This document shows, piece after piece, positions 1 to 11,650 of a stretch of 59,138 bases of DNA (positions are counted from its first letter, which is position 1; every line of letters begins with the position of its first letter). The stretch comes from Octopus bimaculoides (taxonomy: Eukaryota), in the NCBI RefSeq assembly GCF_001194135.2, contig NC_068985.1, positions 34,115,969 to 34,175,106 of the forward strand, read 5' to 3'. Made by a program: the position numbers and the translations under genes. The notes beneath the pieces are model-generated. The model was not told where the DNA came from, made no database searches, and saw nothing but the letters and a program-made list of their open reading frames with translations.

Positions 1-259
1 ATAGAGGAATATATTATTTTGTTTAAAAGAGTTCCAACACTGTCTGTTTTTTATGTTTTATTTATATTCCTGCAAAACCAATGTGGGATATAGAATATGG
101 AATATACAATATATAATATAAAATAAAAATGGATGGTACTATGAAATAAAGTATTGAATGTCTTATTGAATATATGGAATATGTCTTATTGAATAGATGA
201 AATATTGAGTGTTCAATATAAAGGATTACATATATAAATATACATATATATATATACAC

Positions 260-432
260 ACACACACATATAAACAATAGGCTTCCACACAATTTCTGTC
301 TACCAAATTTACTTATAAAGCATTGGTCAGCTCAAGGCTATAGTAGAGGTACTCAGGGTACCATGCAGGAGAACTGTACACAAAATCATATGGTTTCAAA
401 GTGAGCTTCTTAACTGCACAGTCATGCCTGTG
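260..432 (-). mobile_element. tRNA-derived SINE, family A (5' part)
   Basis: Reverse-complement match to the recurring head tggctgtgtggtaagaagcttgcttcccaaccacatggttccgggttcagtcccactg seen many times in the window; degenerate, next to a (TA)/(CA) microsatellite. Confidence 0.7.
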
Positions 433-439
433 CATTTGT

Positions 440-3200
440 TTGCATCTGTGTCATCTCTTACAGAGCATGAAAAATTTTCATCTACTTCTCTCAACGATGG
501 TTCTAATTATCTAATTGAGACAAATTGATTTGCTTTTCTTTTTTGTTAGTTGTCCTGTGTCCATGAACAATCTACTTTGAAGCAATAATTGATGTCATCA
601 ACATTTGCTTATATGAAACTGTTTTGCTAATTTCAAAAAAGTGTTTATAGCTCCTTAGAGATTTCTTCTGATTAATTTTCCAGTTGAAGACATTTTACAG
701 CCACTGGTGGTAGTTCTGTGATTATAAAATATTGTGCACAAATATAAATCAATGTTAGTAATTTCAGGATGTTAATATTTAAATGTCTGCTTTATTCTTT
801 GAATTGGTCTTTCTCCTATGTCATTCATTTTGAGACAATATGTTAATTCTAATTCATTGTAATCAATTAAGTTAAGGTATAAGTAAGAAACAAAATTCAG
901 CAACATTTTCAGAGAGTAGTGTTTGAACCACCAAATATCAAAAATACTTTGAACCAATCTTTCCTTAACTGTTCAAACACATTTAGAACAATAGAAAGCT
1001 TCTTGAAAAGAAGTCCAACAATTATGGAAATCTTTCCAATATCTTTTTCATACACCTGATCGATGTGAATTCTTTTTCAATCTTTATTAACAGGTTGTGT
1101 TTCCAGCTTGGTGTTCCTGAAAATTGAAATGTTTGACTTTCTGAGCAAGATTTTACTGTTCAGTTGAAGACATTAAATCAAAGTACCATACACAACTTCA
1201 TACTTTCATTACTATTTAGTGAGTATTCTTTGTGTTCTTCAGAATGTCCGTTTGAGTGGTCCTAGGACAAAGAGTCCATTTTATTCTTTTTAATACTAAG
1301 GAATGGTCTTTCATGAGAATATTTCTTTTCTAAGTTACATAGCTCAAATTATTTGTTTAATGTTGCTATATATCTTGTAATCTAAATAATCTTTAACTAA
1401 GTCAAGAAAATCATGTCTGAGATGTTCACATGAATTATCACTATTTAGTAAGGGAATGGGGAAAAAAAAATTCTGAATTATTTGCATTTGTGTCAAATCT
1501 AGAAAGTGTATCAGTATTATTGATTTACCTGTTTTATTGCAAAATCATACTGTGACATAATTAAGCTCTAACGAACAATCTTTTATGAAGATTTCTATGA
1601 TATATCAAGGTCCTTTGAAGAAAATGATGTTTTAGAGGTTGATATTCCATGATTAAAGAGATGTGAGTGCCAATTGTTCAGTGCATCAAGTTAATGCATA
1701 AGTTTATCAATATCACATTGTTGAGTTCTATTAAATCTATGACTAATGAATTCTACAGAATGACCTTTTGAGATATCATTTCCATTATTGATTTTTGGGA
1801 TGTAACTACTGTCAGTATATAATATTTTTCTGTTGAGACTGGTTGATTAATGGGAGTTTTTGTAAATAATGATTTTAGCTGCGAAAATGACTCATTTTGC
1901 TCATTCTTCCAATAAAAATTTAATTCTTGTATAGTTATTAAAGGTTCAGTCTTACTGTAAAATTCACAATAAATCATCTATAGTAATTCATAAATCTAAT
2001 AAATTTTTCTAGTTATACTGCATTCTAAATCCGTTTCAGTAAACTTATCCTTTCAATCAATGATTCTGATAGCATAACACCAATTGATGATTTATTCATT
2101 CCCTTCAAAGTGCAGCTGACTGATGATATAAAAAGTTTTTATTTTAATGGAATTGGCAGCACTCAGTTTACGAAGAATGACACTTTCTTTTTCTTTTGCT
2201 GTAATTGCATTTCTAAATTCACAACTAATAAAATATTTTCTTACTATACTCAAACACCTTGAATATCTTTTAAAGCATTCTCCATTGAAACAGGCCATTG
2301 AGACTTTTTAAGACCTATCTGCAAATAGTTCATTAGATATATGATATTAAATACACTGATACCACATTTCTCCTTTTTCAGAAAATGAAATTTGCTAGTA
2401 TGCATTTTTAGGTCAATTTTGGAAAACTTTGTTCCCTTTACTCTACAAGATATAGACTCAATAGTTGGTAAAAGGAGAAAATATTTGTCAATATTTGCTT
2501 TGTAGTGGACTTTGAAATCTGCATGCATTCTAAACAACTCTCCATTATTTTTTTATCCAACTACAAATGAAATACACCTAATGACATTCCAATCACAAGG
2601 TTATATTATACCAAAACTCCTGAGATGACTTAATTCTCTTTTAATTTCCAATTGTAAATGAAAAGATACTTTACAAACGGCTATTATCTTATTATACTCA
2701 ATATTTCTACATGTAACATTAGCTACATAACCCATCATAATGGGTAGACAACTATTAGTGCCAAACAATTAAACAAAAATATACCCTGATATAAAATGAC
2801 CCTTCTACATCATCTAAAGTCATATGAAAAATGGGTGGCCACAAAATCCTGCTTCATAACTTCATTATTGTATGAAAAATTAGCAATTATAGTTCCTTTC
2901 ACCTTCAGTGATGAACCTTTAAAGAATGTTAAAGTTTTGACTAATGTTGAACAGTATCGTATTAATCTTTATTGATCTTATCAATGAAGCAGTGTGTAAC
3001 AGATGAACAAGACCTGTTACTATCTGTTTTCATTCAAACTGAAATAGAATATAAATTGTAGTGTATTTCTTTTGCCTTATTAAAATATATATTGTTGACA
3101 CTGAGCATGAAGACAGCAATGTCTTCACATGGAACTTTGTTGATGCTATAGGGTAGCACAAACCAACACCATTTAGTAAAGTTACCCAGTTTTCTATGCT
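440..3200 (-). mobile_element. Highly degraded Ty3/Gypsy LTR-retrotransposon pol (RT - RNase H - integrase)
   Basis: Minus-strand translations: RMHADFKVHYKANIDKY..LPTIESI..TKFSKIDLK (RT, 2250-2537); KIVR*SLIMSQYDFAIK (RNase H end, about 1530-1595); D*KRIHID (about 1060-1085) and VQTLLSENVAEF (about 890-930), resembling the integrase motifs WERIHID and ETIVSDNG.QF. The RT-RH-IN order is Gypsy-type. Many stops and frameshifts; outer limits uncertain. Confidence 0.75.
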
Positions 3201-4753
3201 TATGACATTTTAATTGGAAGTTTGGGTATTTCCTTCAATTATGTCTTTAGTCACTATTATAACAGTTGATAAACACATACTTTAGCTGATGTTGTGACTG
3301 AGGAAGCTTATTGTAATTGATATTAACAAATTTTCTTCATCAATAGTTGTCTTGAGGGAAAGTACTTGTAGCAGAAGTGATTTATACTGTCATTATTTAT
3401 GAGAAGTTTTATTTGTTTTGACTCAACTAGGCTTAAATACTGGGATATGGGCTCTGGAGCCCTTTTCGTTCCAGCAGGTCACATGACATTATGATTAAAT
3501 GAACCTGTTGTTTGTATTGGTTGATTTTCAGCTGTCCAGTCACCAGCTCCTAGGAGCTTATTATTCTCTATCAAGACGCAGTTCTTGACTACTCTAGGTC
3601 TTTGACACACACCACTGACCACACACAACTCCGTCTCTAGCAATGATGTATCTGACACCATCCAGTCTCCACTTTCATTTTCTCCACCAGATGCCTGCCT
3701 ACATTGTTGCTGTATGAAGACCACCCGATCAACAGACCAACGGTTGCCTCTACACCACCACCTAACAGGACATCAACTATGTCTACAAGATCAACAGTCC
3801 AGCCTAACCATGAAGTCTCTCACACATCTTTGTTGTAACTTGTTATGTTATTTTATTTCATGTATGGCAATCATTGTATTTTATAACAGAGAATAAATTG
3901 TCGCTTACCAGTTCATTTCATCTCAAGTCGTATATCCTTTCCACATTTTCCTTATTTACAATCTACATTATATACTAAAGTGATTGTATAAATCAAGAAA
4001 TGTATTTGCCCAGATTTGGGCTGACATTTTCACACAAATGAATGAAGTTAAATTTTCATTGCCAAGGTAAGCAACTAACAGTTTTTGCTGCTTATGATAA
4101 AATACAAGGTTTCAAAAGGATATTAAAATTTTGGAAAACTTGAATACAAACCAGTCATCTTGACAGTTTCCCAGGTTTTAAAAATATTTCCCATGAGCTA
4201 GAAGTGACATTAATGCAAATGATCTAAAGCTTTTTAATAACATGCCATTAATAAATGGAAGATCTTTATAATTCAGTAAGTAAATACTTTCTAAATGATC
4301 AGAGTATTATGCTATAAAATGAATGTTGGATTACAGATCAGTTCAATGTGGGAGGAAGACCACTGAATTTAGGTGTAGTGAAGAATGGAAAATTTATTGA
4401 CTTTCACTCTAGATTCCATTTTCAAGCATTTAAAATTTGAGAATTTTGATGAACAATATTCACAACAATCAGAAAATGCTATTAAAGCACTTCTTTTGAA
4501 TTATTAACGCGAAGTACGATTTTCAGCATGCACAGAAATAAGTAGTAAATAACTGAATGCTGCTGCAAATATAAGAATCCAGCTGCTTGTCATTAATCAG
4601 AGATTTGTGAGAAAATGATAGTGTCACTCTTCTTGATGACTTTTCTCTCTTTTCCTCTTCCTTCCAGAATGCACATATTCTTAAAAATAAATATAGTTTC
4701 TTGTGATGTTAATAATAAAAACACTACATACTCTTAATATATATTACTTTTAG

Positions 4754-4987
4754 GGCAGTGAGCTGGCAGAATCGTTAGCACATTGGGCGAAATGCTTGTT
4801 AGTATTTCGTCTGCTGGTATGTTCTGAGTTCAAACTCTGCTGAGGTCAACTTTGCTTTTCATCCTTTCAGGGTCGATTAAATAAGTACCAGTTATGCACT
4901 GAAGTCGATGTAATTGACATAAACCCTTTGTCTGTCCTTGTTTGTCCCCTCTGTGTGGAATCCCCTGTGGGCAATAAAGAAATAAAT
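4754..4987 (+). mobile_element. tRNA-derived SINE, family B (full length)
   Basis: Head ggcagtgagctggcagaatcgttagc with A-box-like TGGCAGAATCG and B-box-like GAGTTCAAAC, core ggtcgat..aataagtacc, tail gggcaataaagaaataaa. Confidence 0.85.
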
Positions 4988-5305
4988 ATATACTACCCTT
5001 CCAAGCTATAATGTAAATTTACCAGTAACTAATAGAAACATTAAATTTATTAAATAGGAACTAATAAAAGTATACTTGTAATTAACTATTACTATAAAAC
5101 TCGATTAAAGCTAAATTTAAAAGATAATAAAACTACAAAGTATTAACACATGTTTTTTCAAACCACATGGTTCCATTACTTCTACAACTTAAAAGATTAT
5201 CTAAACTATAGATGACACAATACATAATTACTACTTCCTCAATTGTCTCAAACAATATTGGTGACATAGTAAGTAAATAACTTGAATCGTAAACATACCA
5301 AATCT

Positions 5306-6019
5306 TTACAAATATTTGCAAAGCTGAAGACAAAATACTATCCCATATTTAATTAAAATTTCAAATCTCCTACCTAAACAGCGATTAAAAGTTTTAACCA
5401 ATTTATCATATCTACACCCTTGTTTTATTAAATGTCTTAACAGTCTATTTATTCTATACAAAATTTTTTTAGCATTATTAATAATAGTACTATATCTGAC
5501 TATTTGCCCTGCAAAAACACCATAACCAATAAAAGAAGGAATTCTACGAGTGAACAATGGTATTGAAGCCACTTGGAAACCAAAACCTTCTGTTTTATTA
5601 TAAATGTTAGTACATATTTCATTAGTATTCTTAATTACCAAATTGACATCTAAATAATTAATATTCCTGATATTGTTACCATTTCTGGTGGCTATAAGCT
5701 CACTAGGATATATTCTTCTGAGTAAAAATTCAAAGAAACCATAATTAAGTATAAATATATCATCTATGTATCTGCAGCATCCATTAAGTTGTTTAAGTAA
5801 ACCAATCTTTTTCCTCGCACATAGGTCTTTAAGAAAAAGGAACTTGCATGAAGAAAGATGCAAGTCCACCAACAGAGGGTTACAATTGCTACCCATTGAA
5901 ATTCCCCTAACCTGCTCAAACACCCTACCCGCAAACTTAACAAACGAATTATTAATAATAAAACTAATCATTTCTTTAATTTTTCTTTTACTTACATTAA
6001 TATATCCCTTATAACAACA
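5306..6019 (-). mobile_element. Penelope-like element reverse transcriptase, C-terminal half (probably Naiad/Chlamys type), 5'-truncated
   Basis: ORF 5306-5971 contains GISMGSNCNPLLVDL, RYIDDIF, NYLDVNL, TNIYNK, GYGVFAGQIVRY (PLE RT palm and thumb). The frame stays open upstream to about 6019 (CCYKGYINVSKRKIKEM), where it meets a microsatellite. It ends in TAA with no GIY-YIG motif. Confidence 0.85.
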
Positions 6020-6034
6020 ATGTATATATATATG

Positions 6035-6079
<45 letters not shown>

Positions 6080-6081
6080 AT
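6020..6081. repeat. Compound (TA)n/(TG)n microsatellite
   Basis: tgtatatatatatgtatatatatgtgtgtg... directly visible; followed by a truncated family A SINE head (about 6082-6180, +). Confidence 0.9.
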
Positions 6082-6866
6082 TGGCGCAGGAGTGGCTGTG
6101 TGGTAGGTAGCTTGCTTATCAACCACATGGTTCCGGGTTCAGTCCCACTGCATGGCACCTTAGGCAAGTGTCTTTCCTCTGTTAATATCTTCACTACCAC
6201 TCCTCACCACAATAAATTCATTCCTCCCATCATATTGTAACTTATCTCAACACCATCCACCTGTAATAATAAATCTGTTCCACTCAACATAATGCAATTT
6301 CTCTCAATGTCTCATCTAAAGTCATTACTCTCTTGTCATACTGTAACTTCTTCCAACACCACACAAAATCATCACTCTCTCTCCAATTCTCTCTTTCAGT
6401 GTGGAGGCTCTTTTACCCTGTGTGTTACTGGATGACATCACTAGTTCTGGTAGCATGAGAAACACATCCTGTACACTCTTTTAAGTAGTTGGCAAATGAA
6501 GCAGAGACAAAACAGAGTTTGAGAGAACTCTTTAGACATAATGAGTACTGGTGACATGAAACATGCACCCAGTACTCTTTATTATTGTTAGGAAGGGCAT
6601 AGAGTTGTAGAAATGAAGCCAAAACTGAGACACTGGAACAAGACATGATCTGCTACAGATCAGATCCTGTTAAACCATCCAACCCATATGAAAAGTGAAC
6701 TTAAAATGATGACCTTTTGACCATTGACAATAACAACTTTCCACCTCTGAGAGGTAAAGAGTTAATTTTGTCCTCAAACTAGAGTCTGATGAGTCGTCCA
6801 TGACTTTCGTGAATGCAAAACCATTGGTCACTCTATGACCAAGCATTAATTTTATTACTTTGATAT

Positions 6867-8155
6867 ACAGGGTGGAGTGGAGATGACAAATGTTTCTGGA
6901 AAATTCACAAAATCATTAATTTTAGCTGCAAACAAATTTTATTGACATCAATGTGTGCGTAATGAATTAACATTTGTCAAAATCAAGCATGGAAAACAAC
7001 ATCCATCATGTGGTGTCCGTTTTCACTGATGCATTTCTAAAGGCATTCTTGGAAGCTGGTCTCCACTCTCTCCAACATTGCTCTGTAGACTTGGGTGACT
7101 TCCAATTGAATAGCTTCCTTCAAATCAGTCAATGTATGGGGCTATGCATATACACATGTGCCTTGAGGTTTCCCCACAAGAAATAATCACACATGGACAA
7201 ATCAGGGGACTGAGGGGGCCAAGAAATGTCAGCAAACCTAGAAATGAGGCAGTCACCAAAGAGAGAGTGAAGAATATCCATTGATGCTCTGACTGTGTGG
7301 GCTATCATCCCATCCTGCTGAAACCACACATGTTGAATAGGCATACGTTTTTATTGTAATTCAGGCACGAAGAAGTTATCATTTCAATATAACACTTGAA
7401 GTTTACAGTAACAGCATTTCCATTACTGTCTTCAAAAAAGTAAGGACCAATGATGGCAGCTTTTCCAACAGTACACCAGACTGTCACTTTTGGGCTGTGC
7501 AGTGGTCTTTCAAGCAGTTCTCTTGGATTTTCCAGAGCCCAATAACGACAGTTCTGTTGATTCCCCATGCCATTGAGATGAAAATGAGCTTCATCACTCA
7601 TTAACAAAATGAGGTTGTCATTTGCCTCAAAAATTGCTTCTGATATGTGAAGTTAAGCCACTGTGTATAGTCCCATAGTTTCAACTGTTGGTCAATGACC
7701 AATTTGTATAGGTGGAAATGAAGGTCTTCATGCAAAATACACCTTACCAATCAATTACCAATGCTAAATTCAGTGGAACACCTCTGAGCAGACTCTGCAT
7801 CAAAGCTTGTCTGACACGTTCCACATTTTTCAGGGTCCGTACCGTTTGTGGTAACCCCATTGGTCTCCTATTCATTAGTGTACCTTGCATATGAAGTGCA
7901 TTCACCCAATGTAAGATTGTTGAAGTGGTGCTGAAACTCACATTGAACTGCTGTGACAGACTTGTTATTCTTTACATAACTGTCATAGGCAAACACATAA
8001 TGCTCTATCATCCACAGCGCCATGGCTTTTCCTGAAAAGGAAAAAAAATGCTAAGACACCATGGACCGAATGGTATCTGTTGAACATATGTCTCTCCCAC
8101 TGGGGCTGAGAAATAGCCATTTGAAAAACGTCTGTCCACTCTACCTCACTCAGTT
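6867..8155 (-). mobile_element. Tc1/mariner superfamily DD41D (rosa/Visitor-type) transposon, decayed
   Basis: MSDEAHFHLNG..QNCRYW..HSPKVTVWC..IIGPYFF (7305-7607) and WFQQDG...WPPQSPDLSMCDYFLWG (7129-7344). I count 41 residues between the second and third catalytic Asp. Left end TA|cagggtgg; right TIR degenerate. Confidence 0.8.
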
Positions 8156-8189
8156 GGTAGAGTACCAGACTTTTAAGTCGTCTCATGAC

Positions 8190-8394
8190 ATTTTATATTT
8201 ATTTTCTTTTACTTGTTTACTTGCTTCAGTCATTAGACTGTTGCCATGCTCGAGGACCTCCTTGGAGGGTTTTTAGTTGAACAAATCGGCTCTGGTACTT
8301 TCTTCTAGTACTTATTCTACTGGTTTCTTTTGCTGAATTTGAGATGTAAGCAAACCAACACTGGTTGTCAAGTGGTGATGGGGGACAAACTCAG

Positions 8395-8425
<31 letters not shown>

Positions 8426-8565
8426 TGATGAGCTTCTTTCAATTCCCATTTAGCAAATCCACCCATAAGGTTTTGGTCTGCCCAAGACTATATAGTAGAA
8501 GACATTTCACCATGATGCCACACACTGGGTCTGAACCTGGAACAATGTGGTTAGGGAACAAACTT
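8190..8565 (-). mobile_element. SINE family A, split by the ORF1-only element (remaining head at 10051-10090)
   Basis: Body and tail at 8190-8565; the head resumes as ggaagcaaacttcttaccacacagcc at 10051. Confidence 0.85.
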
Positions 8566-10050
8566 ATTTATTTCTTTTCAATTGCCATAAAGGCATTACA
8601 TAGAGGGGGACACTATAACACATGTGGGGACATATAACAATTAAAATAAAAATATGATGCTATGAAAATGAACATGAAAAACATTAAAATCAAAATATTA
8701 ATATAATGATACATGAATGATAACTGAGAAATGATAACTGAGAAATGAGAATATGAAAAGTGTGTTACTCACCCCACACTGAGTAATACCACTTGCCACC
8801 TCTGAGTTCTGAGTCCTCTTTAGTCTTTGATCTAGTTTTTCGTTTACCATTTTCCCCATTGCTGAGTGACAACACTCTCTCCTCCATGTATACGTAATCT
8901 TTTTCACCGGGAGAGGGGTCTTGTAAATTTTGTGGTGTCTGTTCTTTCTTCTTTTTTTCTTCCTGTGGGGAGAGGAGGTGGGTGGGTTTGGTGTCTGTAT
9001 AGGGAGGGTGGGTCTGAGTGGTCTTGGGTTGGATGGAGTTGGTCTGGGGTCCCACATCACACTGACTGTTCTTCCTCTTCTTTCTCTTTTTCCTTTTATT
9101 CTCTGTCACTGTTCATTCATCCTCCTTGTTCCTTCCTTCTATCTGTACTTTTTCCTTTTTCTCCTTCGTCTCCACCACTGCTTCTTCTGTTGTTTTCCTC
9201 TGTAGAGGGCAGTGCACTCTAATGTGACCCTTTTGGCCACATTTAAAACGTGGGATTCTACCCTCCACCCACACTCCTAGCACAATCTCTCCCAATGTCA
9301 CTGTCTCTGCCAAACTCTCCAATTACCTCTCCTCTGCCTGTATAATGAGGTCCAGTGTTTTTCCTCTCCATCCTCCGTCCTCCGTTTCCGTGGCTTGGTG
9401 GATAGCCACCCCCTCCTCACTTCCAACAAGGACGACTGCCGCAACCCAAGTCACTTCTATATCAGGTGGAATTCCTTCTACCCTCATCTTAGAAGTCTTT
9501 CTTCCAAGGTACGTGGGTAGAAGTACCACTTCCTCTGTTTTTTATAATTGCACTCGCCAGCCTCTTAGCCTCCTTCACTGTCCTATACTGGACAACCACT
9601 GTCCCATATCCATTTCCTTTCGCTATGTATGTCACTTCCTTCGAGAGCCCCTTCAATGCTTTTTCTACTTTTTCCATCTCCATCTGCCTACTCTCTACTG
9701 AGTACACCTTGTAGGTAATGGTCTTGTTTACCATATTTTCCATAACCCTTTTCGAAGGTAATAACTTTACATCACCACCCACCTTCTGTGTCATCTTACT
9801 CAGCTCCTTCAGTCCGGCTAGGTCCACCTCTCTTTTCTTCACCTCTGCAAACTCTTTACTCTTTCCAAATGCTTGTCCATTCTATTTACCACCTTAACGA
9901 GCTCCTCCTCTGCTGAGGAGAGCTCATACTTGCTAAGGTCTGAATACATTTTTTCTACCGGTATAACACTCACTGACAAACCGCTGCCAAGCAGTACAAA
10001 AAATTCTGACTCATCAAAAATCAACACAGTGAATAAACTGATGCATGTGC
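8566..10050 (-). mobile_element. L1/Tx1-like ORF1-only non-LTR retroelement (half-L1-like), flanked by about 12-bp TSD
   Basis: Fragmented ORF1 from ATG 9949 to stop about 8765: helical N-terminus (MYSDLSKYELSSAEEELVKVVNRMDKHL), RRM-like middle (GYGTVVVQY, LLPTYLGRKTSKMRVEGIPP) and zinc knuckle remnant FKCGQKGHIRVHC. About 200 nt of 3'UTR ends in gaaataaat. Direct repeats ggaacaaactt (8555-8565) and ggaagcaaactt (10051-10062). Confidence 0.8.
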
Positions 10051-10298
10051 GGAAGCAAACTTCTTACCACACAGCCAGATCTGCGCTGCTCTCTCTATAT
10101 ACATCTGTACAAACATACACGCATAAACACATATATATCTATGCCTAATGTGTGTGTGTGTGTGTGTGTGTATACATGCATACATATATATACACAAGTG
10201 AGTAGACTAACGAAAGAAGGACACTCAATACATTTATTGTTATGGCTGAAAACTAGCCATGAGCTTGAAACTCAGAGTACCAAGGATTCTGAATCAAA

Positions 10299-11142
10299 CT
10301 GTTTTGCACCCCTCCTTGAAAAATGCATGAAAAAAAAATTTTCTTTTTGATTCCTATGTTTTAGATGTCGGAGNNNNNNNNNNGCATGAAAAAAAAATTT
10401 TTTTTTTGATTCCTATGTTTTAGATGTCGGAGATTACGAGTATGAAAAAGATTTTTTTTTTAAAATCCCCCCACCCATCCTCACACTCCCATTAAAAATT
10501 TTGAACTTTTACGAATTTTTTTTTCCCTATATTTTAGATGACGGAAATTCCAAATATGCCAGAAACCATGTTTTCAAAATTTTAAATTCAATAAGCATAT
10601 AGATATGTGTATAAAGAGATAGATAGATATGAATGTCATCCTGGGGCTAAAAACAACGGTAACACCGTCTTCTATAGGACCGCCACATTTAGTTGACATA
10701 TATTTTATGAATAAACGGACAGGGATAAATAGTTAGACAGACAAATAAATAAATGGATGAAAAAGTTCAAAATTTAAAATTGGGGGAGGGATGAAATTTG
10801 AGCCCCTTATTAAAATTATAACATTAATTATTAAACATCGTTTCTCATAAAATGGTGTATATTTAAATTACTTTAAATTATTATTTACGATTATTTAAGC
10901 CAAACACAAGTAAAATGCAAATCGCAAATTCTTTTCACTTTAATGTTTTTGTATGTATTTAATTTCGATTTGCATATGTTCGTCAATTCACTACGATCTC
11001 TTTAGACCAAAAATTTAAATTGGGGGGAGGGGTTAAATTAAAATTTTTCTTTTGTATATTCGTAATCTCCGACATCTAAAACGTAGGAATCAGAAATTTT
11101 TTTTTCAAAAAAATGCATTTTTCAAGGAGAGTTGCGAAACTG
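10299..11142. mobile_element. MITE-like element with long (about 100 bp) terminal inverted repeats
   Basis: Left ctccttgaaaaatgcat...gattcctatgttttagatgtcggagattacga is the reverse complement of right tcgtaatctccgacatctaaaacgtaggaatc...atgcatttttcaaggag. No coding capacity seen. Confidence 0.75.
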
Positions 11143-11151
11143 CATTAGTCC

Positions 11152-11233
11152 CCGATCTATCTATCTATCTATCTACATCTTAGAGCCTGCTTCTTCTCCG
11201 GATTTGTTTTCTACAAACGATACACACACACAC

Positions 11234-11285
<52 letters not shown>

Positions 11286-11328
11286 GTGCAGCACAGATAC
11301 ACACAAATATATATATGTGTGTGTATAT
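11152..11328. repeat. Compound microsatellite (ATCT)n, (CA)n, (TA)n
   Basis: Directly visible runs. Confidence 0.85.
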
Positions 11329-11527
11329 TTAATTTGGTTCCATGTTTTCGTGTATGTAAGTGAATTTGATTTCATCCTGCCTGCTTTTCGTATATACCCA
11401 CCACACCACTGTGTAGTTACCTAACAAAAAAAAATCTATTAAAATACGAGTAATGTAATAAATGTATGGCAATGTACTATCCTAGGTATGTTATTTATAT
11501 AAAAATATGAACTTCATCAGCTGGGAA

Positions 11528-11563
11528 TGATGTCAGCCAATCAGAAAAGGCGTAGTGTCAGTT
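11528..11563 (+). promoter_or_regulatory. Probable core promoter of the nucleobindin gene
   Basis: TGATGTCA (CRE-like, 11528-11535), AGCCAATCA (CCAAT at 11537-11541) and Inr-like TCAGTT (11558-11563) in a locally CpG-containing patch, followed about 90 nt later by a splice donor. Confidence 0.5.
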
Positions 11564-11650
11564 TTTCGCCTGCGAAGTAGAGGTAACATCAAAGAAGTTC
11601 CACGCGGCAGTTTGTCATTTATCTTCAAACGGGAGCTCCCAACTGTGAAG
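11560..11650 (+). other. NUCB2: Probable non-coding exon 1 (5'UTR) of nucleobindin
   Basis: Ends GAAG|GTTAGT (donor at 11651), contains no ATG, and lies upstream of the strong acceptor at 27893. TSS position inferred from the Inr only. Confidence 0.5.

Noticed and set aside
3440-3945. Possible short LTR (TGT...AATAAA...ACA) and leader of the Gypsy relic
   Set aside because: No recognisable PBS, PPT, second LTR or gag motif.
4754-4850. tRNA-like A and B boxes here and in other SINE heads
   Set aside because: No cloverleaf; they continue into SINE core and tail, so they are not tRNA genes.
6786-6810. CTGATGA-GTC-gtccat-GAC resembling a hammerhead core plus stem II
   Set aside because: It is followed by TTTC instead of the required GAAA, and no stem I/III pairing was found.
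10324-10433. About 50-bp direct repeat around a 10-N gap
   Set aside because: Typical scaffolding overlap artefact, not a biological duplication.
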